Below are positions 40,722 through 49,736 of a stretch of 64,000 nt of DNA, piece by piece. The notes beneath the pieces are model-generated. The model had not been told where the DNA came from. It saw only the letters and a program-made list of their open reading frames with translations, and did no database searches. Made by a program: the position numbers and the translations under genes. Each line of letters begins with the position of its first letter. Positions within the stretch are counted from its first letter, which is position 1. Location of the stretch: the NCBI GenBank assembly GCA_965261395.1, contig OZ253462.1, forward strand, positions 4,064,001 through 4,128,000. The letters run 5' to 3'. Origin of the DNA: Candidatus Latescibacterota bacterium (GTDB lineage: Bacteria; Latescibacterota; UBA2968; UBA8231).

Positions 40722-41882
40722 TTAAGCGAGGCGGCGGTATTCGCCGGCTTGGTCCCAATCCACTAGGCTACGGCCGTTTAGGTCCCAGACTACTTGGCCT
40801 GCTCTCAGCGTTAGCTCGCATTCGAGTTTTTGCCGCCCCTGCATGCGCGCCCGGCCCGAATCGACAAAGGCAAAATCTCCTTCGTGCAGGGCGAAAGCCG
40901 CTAGGTCGGCTTCGGCTCCGACGCTGAGGTGGCCTAGCTGTGGATGCCTGATTACCTCGGCTGGTTTGTGCGTCGAGCGATAGACGACCTCTTGGAGGGG
41001 CATGCCGAGGCTCAGGAATTTGGACATGGTTATGGGCATGGTGGCGTTGGGCAGCATGCGGCTGGACTTGTGCAGGTCCGTGCTGATGGTATCCGGGGGG
41101 AAGTTTTGGGCCATGGCGGGCACGGCAATGCGAAACCAAAAGGAGCCGCTGCCATGGCCTGTGTCAAAGACGATGCCGCGCTGGCGGGCTTGGAGCACGT
41201 AGTCTTCGACTCGGTTTTCGGCGTCGAGTAGAGGGATATGGGCGGCGTAGAGGTGCGTGTGGATGTCCCCTGGACTCATGCGCTCGAGCAATTCCTCGTA
41301 CGTGCGGGTGGGTCGGGGGGCAAAGTCGATCATGGCGATGGAGTCGCTCTGTCGAGCCGCCTCGATCGCGCCACCTGCCGACTCCCAACCCGGGCCGCCG
41401 AAGTGGGCTGATTTGGAGCCGACAACGTGCTCGCGGTATTGCTCGATCGCCGCGGCGCAGAGCGCGGAGTCCATTTCGCTGACGTCTTGTTCGGGGGCAC
41501 CGATCATGCCAGCGCCGACGATATTGACAAAGGCCAAGACGCGGGTCTGGGCAGGGTCGATGATGGTGCGCTTGAAGTCGGCAAAATCCTTCCACCCAGC
41601 GCCGCCTGTATCTATTACAGTGGTCACGCCGTAGGGCAGGGCGTGCTGGTCGGGAAAGAGCCAACCCCCATACCCCCCATAGACGTGGACGTGGATATCG
41701 ATCAAGCCCGGAGTGACATAGAGGCCGGACGCGTCGATGACCTTTGCTGAATTGCACTCGATCTGGTCGGCGACCGCAGCGACTAGCCCGTCCTTGATGG
41801 CAATATCGGCGGGGCCGTCGAGGTCGTTTTTGGGATCAATGAGGTGCCCACCTTGGATGATGAGATCAAAGTCGCCGCTCAT
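40722..41882 (-). CDS. Amidohydrolase/deacetylase (dihydroorotase-like) metallohydrolase
   Basis: PGLIDIHVH, GDIHTH, DTGHGSGSF, ISTDLH. Confidence 0.85.
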   Translation of the reverse strand: MSGDFDLIIQGGHLIDPKNDLDGPADIAIKDGLVAAVADQIECNSAKVIDASGLYVTPGLIDIHVHVYGGYGGWLFPDQHALPYGVTTVIDTGGAGWKDFADFKRTIIDPAQTRVLAFVNIVGAGMIGAPEQDVSEMDSALCAAAIEQYREHVVGSKSAHFGGPGWESAGGAIEAARQSDSIAMIDFAPRPTRTYEELLERMSPGDIHTHLYAAHIPLLDAENRVEDYVLQARQRGIVFDTGHGSGSFWFRIAVPAMAQNFPPDTISTDLHKSSRMLPNATMPITMSKFLSLGMPLQEVVYRSTHKPAEVIRHPQLGHLSVGAEADLAAFALHEGDFAFVDSGRARMQGRQKLECELTLRAGQVVWDLNGRSLVDWDQAGEYRRLA

Positions 41883-42011
41883 AATGGCCGTCCTTTCGCC
41901 CGAGGGCCGCGTGTTGGATGCACCGTAGGATAACTAGTCGGCCAAGGTGGGGTCAATGGCTGGCCCCGCATTGCACAGAGTGCCTTTTTTGGGCAGATTA
42001 TTCAAGGATAG

Positions 42012-42131
42012 AGCACCGACCACCAGTGGAACTTCCAACTACTCTGCGGACACTGCAACAGCGTCAAAGGCAAAAAGACGCAAGCCGAGTTTGCCGCCTT
42101 GATGAATCAGAAAAAGAAGGATTTTAGCTGA
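42012..42131 (+). pseudogene. 3' remnant of an HNH endonuclease gene
   Basis: Frame not in ORF track reads STDHQWNFQLLCGHCNSVKGKKTQAEFAALMNQKKKDFS*; in-frame TAG directly upstream, no start codon. Confidence 0.75.
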
Positions 42132-42806
42132 ATATGACGGACAAGACCTATCGCGAGTTGATTTTACAGGTTATGGGTAGCTTTCCACGTACGACAGACG
42201 AAATCTGCGATCTAGTCAAGCATAAAAGAGGGGCCGACTTCAATGAGCACTCGTGCAGGGAGGCACTCTCTACAATGGGCAAGAAAGGCTTACTGGAAAA
42301 TCCAGCATGGGGGGTATGGGCAATAGCGACGAAGATCACCCCGAGAGAAGAAGTGGAAAATTCAAGCGAAAGCGACGAAGATTGCCCGAAAGAAGAAGTG
42401 GAAAATTTAAGCGGATTCCCTGAAGGGGCAAAGACGGAGATTACGGTCAATCGCTATGAACGGGATCGGCGCAATAGAAAAGCCGCCATCGATTTTCATG
42501 GGATCGCTTGTCTCGCCTGTAATGTTCGGATGGCGGAACGATATGGGGAGATTGCCGATGGTTTTATCCATATTCACCATACGAAAAGACTGTCAACAAG
42601 CGACGAGTATACTCCCGATGTCGAGACTGATTTGATTCCTCTGTGTCCAAATTGTCATGCTGTTGTTCACTTGGTAAACCCTCCTATGGCACTTGAAGAC
42701 CTGAAGCGGCGGCTAGCTGAGGCGACCAAGCACCGAGAATACAAGAATTAAGCCGAGTTCGCCGCCTTGATGAACCAGAAAAAGAAGGACTTATCATGGA
42801 TATGAC
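42082..42806. repeat. Direct repeat pair 42082-42138 / 42750-42806 flanking the HNH gene
   Basis: 38/40 identical core aagccgagtt[t/c]gccgccttgatgaa[t/c]cagaaaaagaagga, colinear to atatgac. Confidence 0.9.
42134..42751 (+). CDS. Winged-helix + McrA-like HNH endonuclease
   Basis: EG..YERDRRNRKAAI.FHG..CLAC..FIHIHH..DLIPLCPNCHAVVH; N-terminal wHTH-like segment. Confidence 0.85.
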   Translation: MTDKTYRELILQVMGSFPRTTDEICDLVKHKRGADFNEHSCREALSTMGKKGLLENPAWGVWAIATKITPREEVENSSESDEDCPKEEVENLSGFPEGAKTEITVNRYERDRRNRKAAIDFHGIACLACNVRMAERYGEIADGFIHIHHTKRLSTSDEYTPDVETDLIPLCPNCHAVVHLVNPPMALEDLKRRLAEATKHREYKN

Positions 42807-42899
42807 CAAGATCGAAGAGCTACTTAGAAGCCGTCTGAAAACTAGGGTTTCGATCTCTGCTTTGACTCCAAGCCGCTGGGATCGAGGGCGTCTCGCCCT

Positions 42900-43652
42900 A
42901 TGAAAAACGCTCGACGCCTAGATCGCTTGACCACCCGAAAAACAGCCCGACAGGGGGTTTTCAGACGGCTTCTTAGTAAACTCAAATGGACGATTGAAAG
43001 GAACCAAAGAGATTTTGAAGAAATCCAAGAACAGATTGAAGAGGTGCTTATTCAGATCGCGCCCCAAGGCGATGGAAAAAGCAACGACGTCGCAAGCGAC
43101 AATGACTCTGATTACGCCAGAGCCGTCCAGCTTATTAAAAAGTTAGTGTCTGAGCAGGTTGCCCCTGAACGAATAGTAGAACGTGAATCGGCGAGTTGGT
43201 GTGGTGTTTTTCTCGAGAACAAAAGAAAGACTATATGCCGTCTATATTTCAGCCGGTCTAGTAAGCGAATAGGTATATATACGAGGAGGGACAACGCGGG
43301 CAGGGCTGTTCTTAACGAGCATCGCATCGAACGCGTCGAGGATATCGAGATGCACCAGGCGGAGTTGCTAGCCGCCTGTGCCCTATATGAACCAGAGAAA
43401 CGACGCCGACGCGGACATAAATCGTATGAGGTGTTGATTTTAGAGGCGTTAGTGGATATGGACGGCCGAGGCACGGTAGATAAAGTTTGCGAACTAGTGG
43501 AGGAGAAAAGAGGGATCGGCTTCAAAAAGCACTCATGCACAGCGTGCCGTGCGAAAATGGTCAGGAAGGGCTGGCTGAAAGATAATTTAGACAAGAGTAT
43601 ATGGGAGATCACCGACAAAGGTCTCGCTTGGCTAGCTGAGAATTCGGGATAA
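42900..43652 (+). CDS. Restriction-associated protein with C-terminal Mrr_N-like winged helix
   Basis: RESASWCGVFLEN.RKTICRLYF domain; YEVLILEAL..G.GTV..WEITDKG. Confidence 0.6.
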   Translation: MKNARRLDRLTTRKTARQGVFRRLLSKLKWTIERNQRDFEEIQEQIEEVLIQIAPQGDGKSNDVASDNDSDYARAVQLIKKLVSEQVAPERIVERESASWCGVFLENKRKTICRLYFSRSSKRIGIYTRRDNAGRAVLNEHRIERVEDIEMHQAELLAACALYEPEKRRRRGHKSYEVLILEALVDMDGRGTVDKVCELVEEKRGIGFKKHSCTACRAKMVRKGWLKDNLDKSIWEITDKGLAWLAENSG

Positions 43653-43679
43653 TAAAAACTAGACCTCAAGGAAACCCTT

Positions 43680-45431
43680 ATGATACGCTTTGCTATTCTC
43701 TTCGTGTTGTCTGTGTTCCTATGGACCTGTGCCGATAAGCCTGCGCCTGTCGCGCCAGCGGGCAAAGCTACGGACTTCGACAGCCTGTTCGATGCCTTTA
43801 ATAACTATGAGTCAGATTCGGAGACGCCAACTGCTCCAGCCGATACCAGTTCAACCGATTCAACTATTACTGATTCAACTGTTGCCGACGCGGATAGCGT
43901 CGAGGTGGACTTTGAGCTCCCGCCTATTTCCGATCCGCTTGCCGATTGGGTTGACACCGGTTCACCAGAAGGGGACCGCGAGGCAATGCTGGCTCTCTGG
44001 CATGCTTTTGGTCAGCCTAACTTACGCAAGTGGGGCGATAAGTCGCTCAAGAAGTGGGAAGGGGTCAAAACGAACGACCAAGGGCGAGTCGTGGAGTTGT
44101 TAGTTCAGGACCTCGACTGGTCGTTGTCGTTTGCCATCCCGCCGGAGATTGGCCAACTAACTCAGCTTAAGGTGTTAGACATCAGCGGTACGACAGGCAA
44201 CCTACCGCCTGAAATTGGGAACCTTAGAAGGCTTGAGCATTTGGCTGTTGGGCTTGGTCAAGATGGCGATAGCGTCATACCAGAAGAATGGGGCCAGCTT
44301 GGTCTGTTGAAACATTTGAGGATTCAATGTTCTGGTTGCACAGGTGCCATTCCCGCATCGTTTGGAAACCTAAGCAACCTTGAGAGTCTGACGATCTTTG
44401 CTCGCGGCATGGACGGCCCATTGCCTAATGAGTTAGGTAATCTATCGCGTCTAAAGACACTGGACTTAGCGGGAATGGATAGCTTGTCCGGCGCGTTGCC
44501 CACGTCGTTGGGTAGGCTGGCGTCGCTTGAAGTTCTCAAGATTAAAAGCGTCAACTTGGAGGGGCCGCTTCCCAGTCTTACGGGGGCAAGGAACCTCAAG
44601 GTCGTCGAGATCGAGAAAAGATATCATAACTCGTCGGGTGCCTACGAGTGGCCTATAATCAGCACGTTGCCAGTTTCTTGGGGTCGCCTCACTAATCTTG
44701 AGGAAATATTTTTGCCTAATGTCGAAGGAACCTTGCCGCCCGAATGGGCGACCCTTGACAAGCTACGAAATCTCTGGCTTAGTCCCGCTATATCAGGTCG
44801 CTTGCCACCAGAATGGTCTGGCCTGCGCTCGCTGGAGCAAATTGGCATCGTCGACCAAGAGCTCGAAGGGCCGCTACCGCAAGAATGGGCTTTTATGTCC
44901 AACCTGTCGTATGTGTACTTGAATGACAATCTCATTGAGGGGCCGTTACCGGTGCTGTGGTCGGAAATGAAGAACATGCGGAAGATAGATCTATCGTTCA
45001 ATTTTATTGATGGCCCGTTGCCGCCTGAGTGGGGTGCATGGACTGAGTTGGAGATATTCGAGTGTGAGAGTTGTGGCTTGATGGGTGAAATCCCATCTAC
45101 GTGGTCGGCGCATACGAAGTTGACCAAGCTCGATCTCAGTGACAACCAGTTGACCGGTGCGCCGCCCGACTGGTGGCATAATATGACCGATCTGCGCGAA
45201 CTATACTTACGTGAAAATCAGTTCTCGGGGCCGTTTCCTAAGTCATTAGCTGAGGTCCCGTGGTTCAAAGAGCGGCAGAAAGGTTGGTCGCTCGACGAAG
45301 AAGGTCTGACAGGCTGCGTACCTCGTGCGCTCGCAGACCGCGATATGCGAGCACACATCGCGTTGGAATCAGACGGCAAAGGATGGGAGCGGTTCTTAGC
45401 GCACGGTCGTTTACACTGGTGCCGTAACTAA
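43680..45431 (+). CDS. Plant-type leucine-rich repeat lipoprotein
   Basis: Signal peptide ending LWTC, DREAMLALW..WEGV cap, about 16 repeats of LxxLxLxxNxLxGxLPxEW, LTGCVP cap. Confidence 0.9.
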   Translation: MIRFAILFVLSVFLWTCADKPAPVAPAGKATDFDSLFDAFNNYESDSETPTAPADTSSTDSTITDSTVADADSVEVDFELPPISDPLADWVDTGSPEGDREAMLALWHAFGQPNLRKWGDKSLKKWEGVKTNDQGRVVELLVQDLDWSLSFAIPPEIGQLTQLKVLDISGTTGNLPPEIGNLRRLEHLAVGLGQDGDSVIPEEWGQLGLLKHLRIQCSGCTGAIPASFGNLSNLESLTIFARGMDGPLPNELGNLSRLKTLDLAGMDSLSGALPTSLGRLASLEVLKIKSVNLEGPLPSLTGARNLKVVEIEKRYHNSSGAYEWPIISTLPVSWGRLTNLEEIFLPNVEGTLPPEWATLDKLRNLWLSPAISGRLPPEWSGLRSLEQIGIVDQELEGPLPQEWAFMSNLSYVYLNDNLIEGPLPVLWSEMKNMRKIDLSFNFIDGPLPPEWGAWTELEIFECESCGLMGEIPSTWSAHTKLTKLDLSDNQLTGAPPDWWHNMTDLRELYLRENQFSGPFPKSLAEVPWFKERQKGWSLDEEGLTGCVPRALADRDMRAHIALESDGKGWERFLAHGRLHWCRN

Positions 45432-45558
45432 AGTAATAAAGAAAGACCACTATCGGACTCGGCCGAGGCCGTCTGGCTGATGGCCAAATGTTCATCCCCC
45501 AATCCAAAACCGACCAAGAGAGATTTTCTCTGTCTAAAACTGCCTTTAGGAGGAATAC

Positions 45559-46548
45559 ATGGCACACACTGTGAAAATAGCCGTCACCGGGGCGGCTGGC
45601 CAGATTGGCTACGCTATCTTGCCGCGTTTGGCCTCGGGCGAGGTTTTCGGCCGCGACGTCCGGATCTCGCTGCACTTGCTGGAGATTACTCCGGCGCTCA
45701 AAGCCCTAGAAGGCGTGGTTATGGAACTCGACGACTGCGCCTTTCCGCTCCTCGACGACATCGTGATCACCGACCAAGCCGAAGTGGCTTTTGACGGGAT
45801 CAATTGGGGTCTGCTAATCGGCTCCAAACCGCGCGGTCCCGGTATGGAGCGGGGCGACTTAATTCGGGAAAACGGCCCGATATTCGTCGGTCAGGGTCAG
45901 GCCCTCGCCCGGGCCGCCGCCGATGTACGGGTCTTGGTCGTAGGCAATCCGGCCAATACCAATGGCTTGATTGCCATGAGCCACGGCCATAAGGCCGGTA
46001 TCCCCCGCGACCGCTTCCACGCCATGACCCGGCTGGATCAAAACCGCGCCCAAGCCCAGCTCGCCAACAAGGCCGGAGTCAAGGTCGTAGCGGTGACCAA
46101 TATGGCCATCTGGGGCAACCACAGCGCTACGCAGTACCCGGATGCCGAGAACGCTCGCATTGAGGGGCGGCCAGTGCCCGACGTCATAGGCCACCACGCT
46201 TGGTTGCGAGAGGAATTCATCCAAATCGTCCAGCAGCGGGGCGCGGCCGTCATCGACGCCCGTGGTTTGTCGTCGGCCGCGTCGGCTGCCAATGCCGCGC
46301 TCAACCACATCGTCAGCGTAGAGAGCGCCACGCCTGTGGGCGACTTTTTCTCGGCTGGAGTCTATTCGGACGGCAGCTACGGGATTGACGAGGGGTTGAT
46401 GTTTTCGTTTCCCATTCGCAGCGACGGTCAAGGCCAATGGGAGATCGTGCAGGGGTTGGAGTTGAGCGATTTTGCCCGTGCGAAGATCAAAGCCACCGAA
46501 GACGAGCTCAAAGAGGAACGCGCGGTCATCGCCGACCTCTTGGGCTGA
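45559..46548 (+). CDS. mdh: Malate dehydrogenase
   Basis: [43 protein letters not shown]. Confidence 0.95.
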   Translation: MAHTVKIAVTGAAGQIGYAILPRLASGEVFGRDVRISLHLLEITPALKALEGVVMELDDCAFPLLDDIVITDQAEVAFDGINWGLLIGSKPRGPGMERGDLIRENGPIFVGQGQALARAAADVRVLVVGNPANTNGLIAMSHGHKAGIPRDRFHAMTRLDQNRAQAQLANKAGVKVVAVTNMAIWGNHSATQYPDAENARIEGRPVPDVIGHHAWLREEFIQIVQQRGAAVIDARGLSSAASAANAALNHIVSVESATPVGDFFSAGVYSDGSYGIDEGLMFSFPIRSDGQGQWEIVQGLELSDFARAKIKATEDELKEERAVIADLLG

Positions 46549-46549
46549 T

Positions 46550-47293
46550 ATGTTCCAAGATCCCAAGCGCTATCAAGCCAAACACGACTATGTCACCGCC
46601 GCAGGTGTCGACTTAGTGGAGATATTGGCCCCCCAAGTCGGGGAACGCATCCTCGACTTGGGATGCGGCACCGGTCAACTGAGTGCCCAGATTGCCGCGG
46701 CCGGGGCTGAGGTTGTTGGCGTCGACTTGTCGGCCGAGATGATCGAGGCCGCCCGTGAGCAGTTTCCGGGCCTGTCCTTTGCCGTCGGCGATGCGGGAGA
46801 TTTTTCCTTTGTCGAACCGTTCGATGCGGTCTTTTCCAACGCAGCCCTGCACTGGGTCAAGCCGCCGGAAGCGGCCCTTGCGTGTATTGTCGCCTGTCTG
46901 GGGCAGGGCGGGCGTTTTGTCGCCGAATTGGGCGGGGCGCGGAATGTGGCTACCATCAGCCGGGCGCTGATCGACCAGTTGGCCGCTCGGGGTTTTTATC
47001 CGCAATCGCCTTGGTATTTTCCCTGCTTGGGGGAGTACACGCGGCTCGTGGAGCAGGCCGGGCTACGCGTTGCTTATGCCAGCCACTTTTCCCGCCCAAC
47101 GCCTCTAGCGAGCGAGAGCGGGTTGCGCGACTGGTTGGAGATGTTCGCCGCGACGCTTACAAAGGGCGTCCCTCCGTCGATGCGCGAAGAACTATTCGCC
47201 GCGGTGGAGGACGCCGTCCGCCCGGCATTGTACGGCGATGGGGTTTGGCGCGCCGATTACTGGCGTCTGCGCGTAGTCGCCTACAAAGAGTAA
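46550..47293 (+). CDS. Class I SAM methyltransferase (trans-aconitate methyltransferase-like)
   Basis: ILDLGCGTG, FDAVFSNAALHWV, ADYWRLR. Confidence 0.85.
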   Translation: MFQDPKRYQAKHDYVTAAGVDLVEILAPQVGERILDLGCGTGQLSAQIAAAGAEVVGVDLSAEMIEAAREQFPGLSFAVGDAGDFSFVEPFDAVFSNAALHWVKPPEAALACIVACLGQGGRFVAELGGARNVATISRALIDQLAARGFYPQSPWYFPCLGEYTRLVEQAGLRVAYASHFSRPTPLASESGLRDWLEMFAATLTKGVPPSMREELFAAVEDAVRPALYGDGVWRADYWRLRVVAYKE

Positions 47294-47310
47294 GTTTGCG
47301 ACCGCTATTT

Positions 47311-47970
47311 ATGAAGCCGTGCCACGTAATTTGGGACTGGAATGGCACTTTAGTGGACGATGCTTGGCTGTGCGTCGAGATCGTCAACGAGCTCTTGGTG
47401 CGCCGTGGGCTAGCGTCGGTCACGCCGTGCAAATATAGCGAGGTTTTCGGATTTCCCCTGCGGACCTACTACCAGCGCGTAGGCTTTGACTTAGAGGGTG
47501 AGGACTTTGCGGCCATGGGCGACGAATTCAACATCCGCTACAGCCAGCGCCGCCGCGAGTGCCGTTTGCGCAAGGGAGCACGCGAAGTGCTGACCGCACT
47601 GGGCCGCAACGAGATCGGACAATCCCTCTTATCCGCCTACGACCAAGTGTCCCTCGAAGAAATGGTCGCTCACTACGGGCTACGATCCCACTTTGCCGCA
47701 GTCGCAGGGGTGGATAATGGCTTAGGGGAGGGGAAAATTGAGCGCGCGCATCGGCACCTTGCGGACCTCGACTGTCGGGGTGACGAAGTCTTGCTCGTCG
47801 GCGATACCCTACACGACATAGAGGTGGCCACCGCACTCGGGATCCATTGCGTCCTGCTGCCTTCTGGCCACCAGAGCCGGCAGCGGTTGGAACAGGGGGA
47901 GTGCGCCGTAGTGGATGGGCTTTTTGCACTGGCCACCTTGCTGGAACTAAAAGGAGATATCCATGACTGA
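47311..47970 (+). CDS. HAD family phosphatase
   Basis: IWDWNGTLVDD, VGDTLHD. Confidence 0.85.
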   Translation: MKPCHVIWDWNGTLVDDAWLCVEIVNELLVRRGLASVTPCKYSEVFGFPLRTYYQRVGFDLEGEDFAAMGDEFNIRYSQRRRECRLRKGAREVLTALGRNEIGQSLLSAYDQVSLEEMVAHYGLRSHFAAVAGVDNGLGEGKIERAHRHLADLDCRGDEVLLVGDTLHDIEVATALGIHCVLLPSGHQSRQRLEQGECAVVDGLFALATLLELKGDIHD

Positions 47971-48862
47971 AACGTGGCGCGGAATTATGCCGATTGTGGT
48001 AACCCCCTTTACTGATAGCTACTCGATAGATGAAGCGGCCTTGCAGGAATTGGTCGCCTTCAGTATTGAAGCGGGTGCCACGGGCTTGGTGGGGCCGGCT
48101 AATGCCAGCGAATTTTCGACCCTTTCCGATGATGAACGCCGTCGCTGGATCGAGATTGTCGTCGCCGCGGCCGCTGGCCGAGTACCCGTAGTGGCCTCAA
48201 TTACCTCTGGCCATGCCGTGCCAGCCGTAGCCCTCGCTCAGTTTGCTCAAGCTACGGGAGCCGACGGGATCATGTCTATGCCGCCGCACGTATTGCGCGT
48301 TGACCAAGAAGGCTGCTACGCCTTTTACCAGCAGTTGGCGGCCGCGGTTGAGATCCCGATCTGCGTGCAGAATTTCGACGCGCCAGTCGGTACGCCCATG
48401 AGCGGCGAGCTGTTGGGGCGGATGTGCCGCGAACTGGCGGGCGTTGATTACATCAAGGAAGAGACCGTCCCCGAGCCTTGGCAGGTCAGTCGCACGCTGG
48501 CGCTGGCGGGCGCGGCCTGCAAGGGCGTACTGGGAGGCAAAGGGGGGGTCTATTTGCTCGACGAATTTCGACGCGGTGCCTGCGGCAATATGCCGGGCTG
48601 TCACGTGACCGACGTCATGGCGGCGATCTGGGATGCCCTTGAAGCAGGAGACGATGCGACGGCGCGGGCGCGCTTCTATCAGCTCCTGCCGCTGATGAAC
48701 TACGAGCGGCTCTACGGGCTGGCGATCTACAAGTGGATTCTACAAAAGCGCGGGTTGATCCGCTCGGCGGTTTGCCGGGCGCCCGTGCCCGTCCTCGACG
48801 GCGATGCGCTGACCGAGTTGGAGATCATTTGGGACGGCGTTGAGCCACTTTTGCGGGGGTGA
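47963..48862 (+). CDS. Dihydrodipicolinate synthase family protein
   Basis: GIMPIVVTPF, ANASEFSTLSD.ER, YIKEE. Confidence 0.85.
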   Translation: MTETWRGIMPIVVTPFTDSYSIDEAALQELVAFSIEAGATGLVGPANASEFSTLSDDERRRWIEIVVAAAAGRVPVVASITSGHAVPAVALAQFAQATGADGIMSMPPHVLRVDQEGCYAFYQQLAAAVEIPICVQNFDAPVGTPMSGELLGRMCRELAGVDYIKEETVPEPWQVSRTLALAGAACKGVLGGKGGVYLLDEFRRGACGNMPGCHVTDVMAAIWDALEAGDDATARARFYQLLPLMNYERLYGLAIYKWILQKRGLIRSAVCRAPVPVLDGDALTELEIIWDGVEPLLRG

Positions 48863-48866
48863 AATA

Positions 48867-49736
48867 GTGGATACCTATCAACAGCGCATTGAGCGCGACG
48901 GCTTTTGCGTTATTGAGCAAGTGATTCCCGAGGCAGTGGTCGGGGAGATATGCGCCGAGCTGGCGGCTGTGGTCGAGCGCAATCGTCGGCATTCCGAAGC
49001 CAAGTTGGCTGAAATTCGCCGCCGCGGCCACCGGATCGGCACCCCGGGTGTGGCCCAGCTCAAACAGGCTATCAATCAGGTGCAATCCTTTGCTCCGTAC
49101 TTGGCCGACCGCCGGCTCCTAGCGGTCATCGAGTCTTTTTTCGGGGCTTGGGCACGGATTTCCTGCACCGACTGCGTGTTCAATCACCCGGGTAATGCAC
49201 GAGGATATTGGCACGCCGATTGGCCTTACAACGCAACCAATGCCTCGCACATCCCCGCGCCGTATCCAGACGCGGTTCTGCACCTTTCGACCATCTGGAT
49301 GCTGACGCCATTTTCCGCTGAGACGGGGGGGACTTTCGTGGTGCCGGGCAGTCACCACTGGCCGCGCAATCCCGCAGCTGGGGACATGCCCGAAATGGAT
49401 CAAGACGCACCTTATCCCACCGAGTGCCAGATCGAAGGGGCGTCCGGCAGCGTCTTGGTGTACGACAGCCGGCTTTGGCACGCTGTGGCCCCCAACCGTA
49501 GCGCAAGCGATCGCGTCGCCCTCATCGTGCGCTACGCTCCGTGGTGGCTGAACCTAAATCCCACGCTCATCGGCCGGCCCGAACACGAGGCTATGGTGGT
49601 GGAGACCGGAGGCAAAAACTACGAGATGGTGCCGCTTGAGCGGGAAGTTTTTGACCGGTTGCCCGCAGCCGTTAAGCCTCTATATCGCCATTGGGTTGCG
49701 CAATCTGCCCGGCCTGATGAAGTGCGCGGGCACTGA
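48867..49736 (+). CDS. Phytanoyl-CoA dioxygenase (PhyH) family protein
   Basis: WHAD, GGTFVVPGSH, YDSRLWHAVAPNRS..R. Confidence 0.85.
   Translation: MDTYQQRIERDGFCVIEQVIPEAVVGEICAELAAVVERNRRHSEAKLAEIRRRGHRIGTPGVAQLKQAINQVQSFAPYLADRRLLAVIESFFGAWARISCTDCVFNHPGNARGYWHADWPYNATNASHIPAPYPDAVLHLSTIWMLTPFSAETGGTFVVPGSHHWPRNPAAGDMPEMDQDAPYPTECQIEGASGSVLVYDSRLWHAVAPNRSASDRVALIVRYAPWWLNLNPTLIGRPEHEAMVVETGGKNYEMVPLEREVFDRLPAAVKPLYRHWVAQSARPDEVRGH

Noticed and set aside
41918-42127. 69-aa ORF in the ORF track
   Set aside because: No motifs; the alternative frame 42012-42131 carries the recognisable HNH remnant
42082-45431. Integron cassette array
   Set aside because: Repeats are direct, coding-derived and lack the palindromic RYYYAAC..GTTRRRY attC structure; no intI
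49672-49736. 65-bp convergent overlap of PhyH gene and argG
   Set aside because: Involves only non-conserved C-terminal tails; easily explained by stop-codon drift
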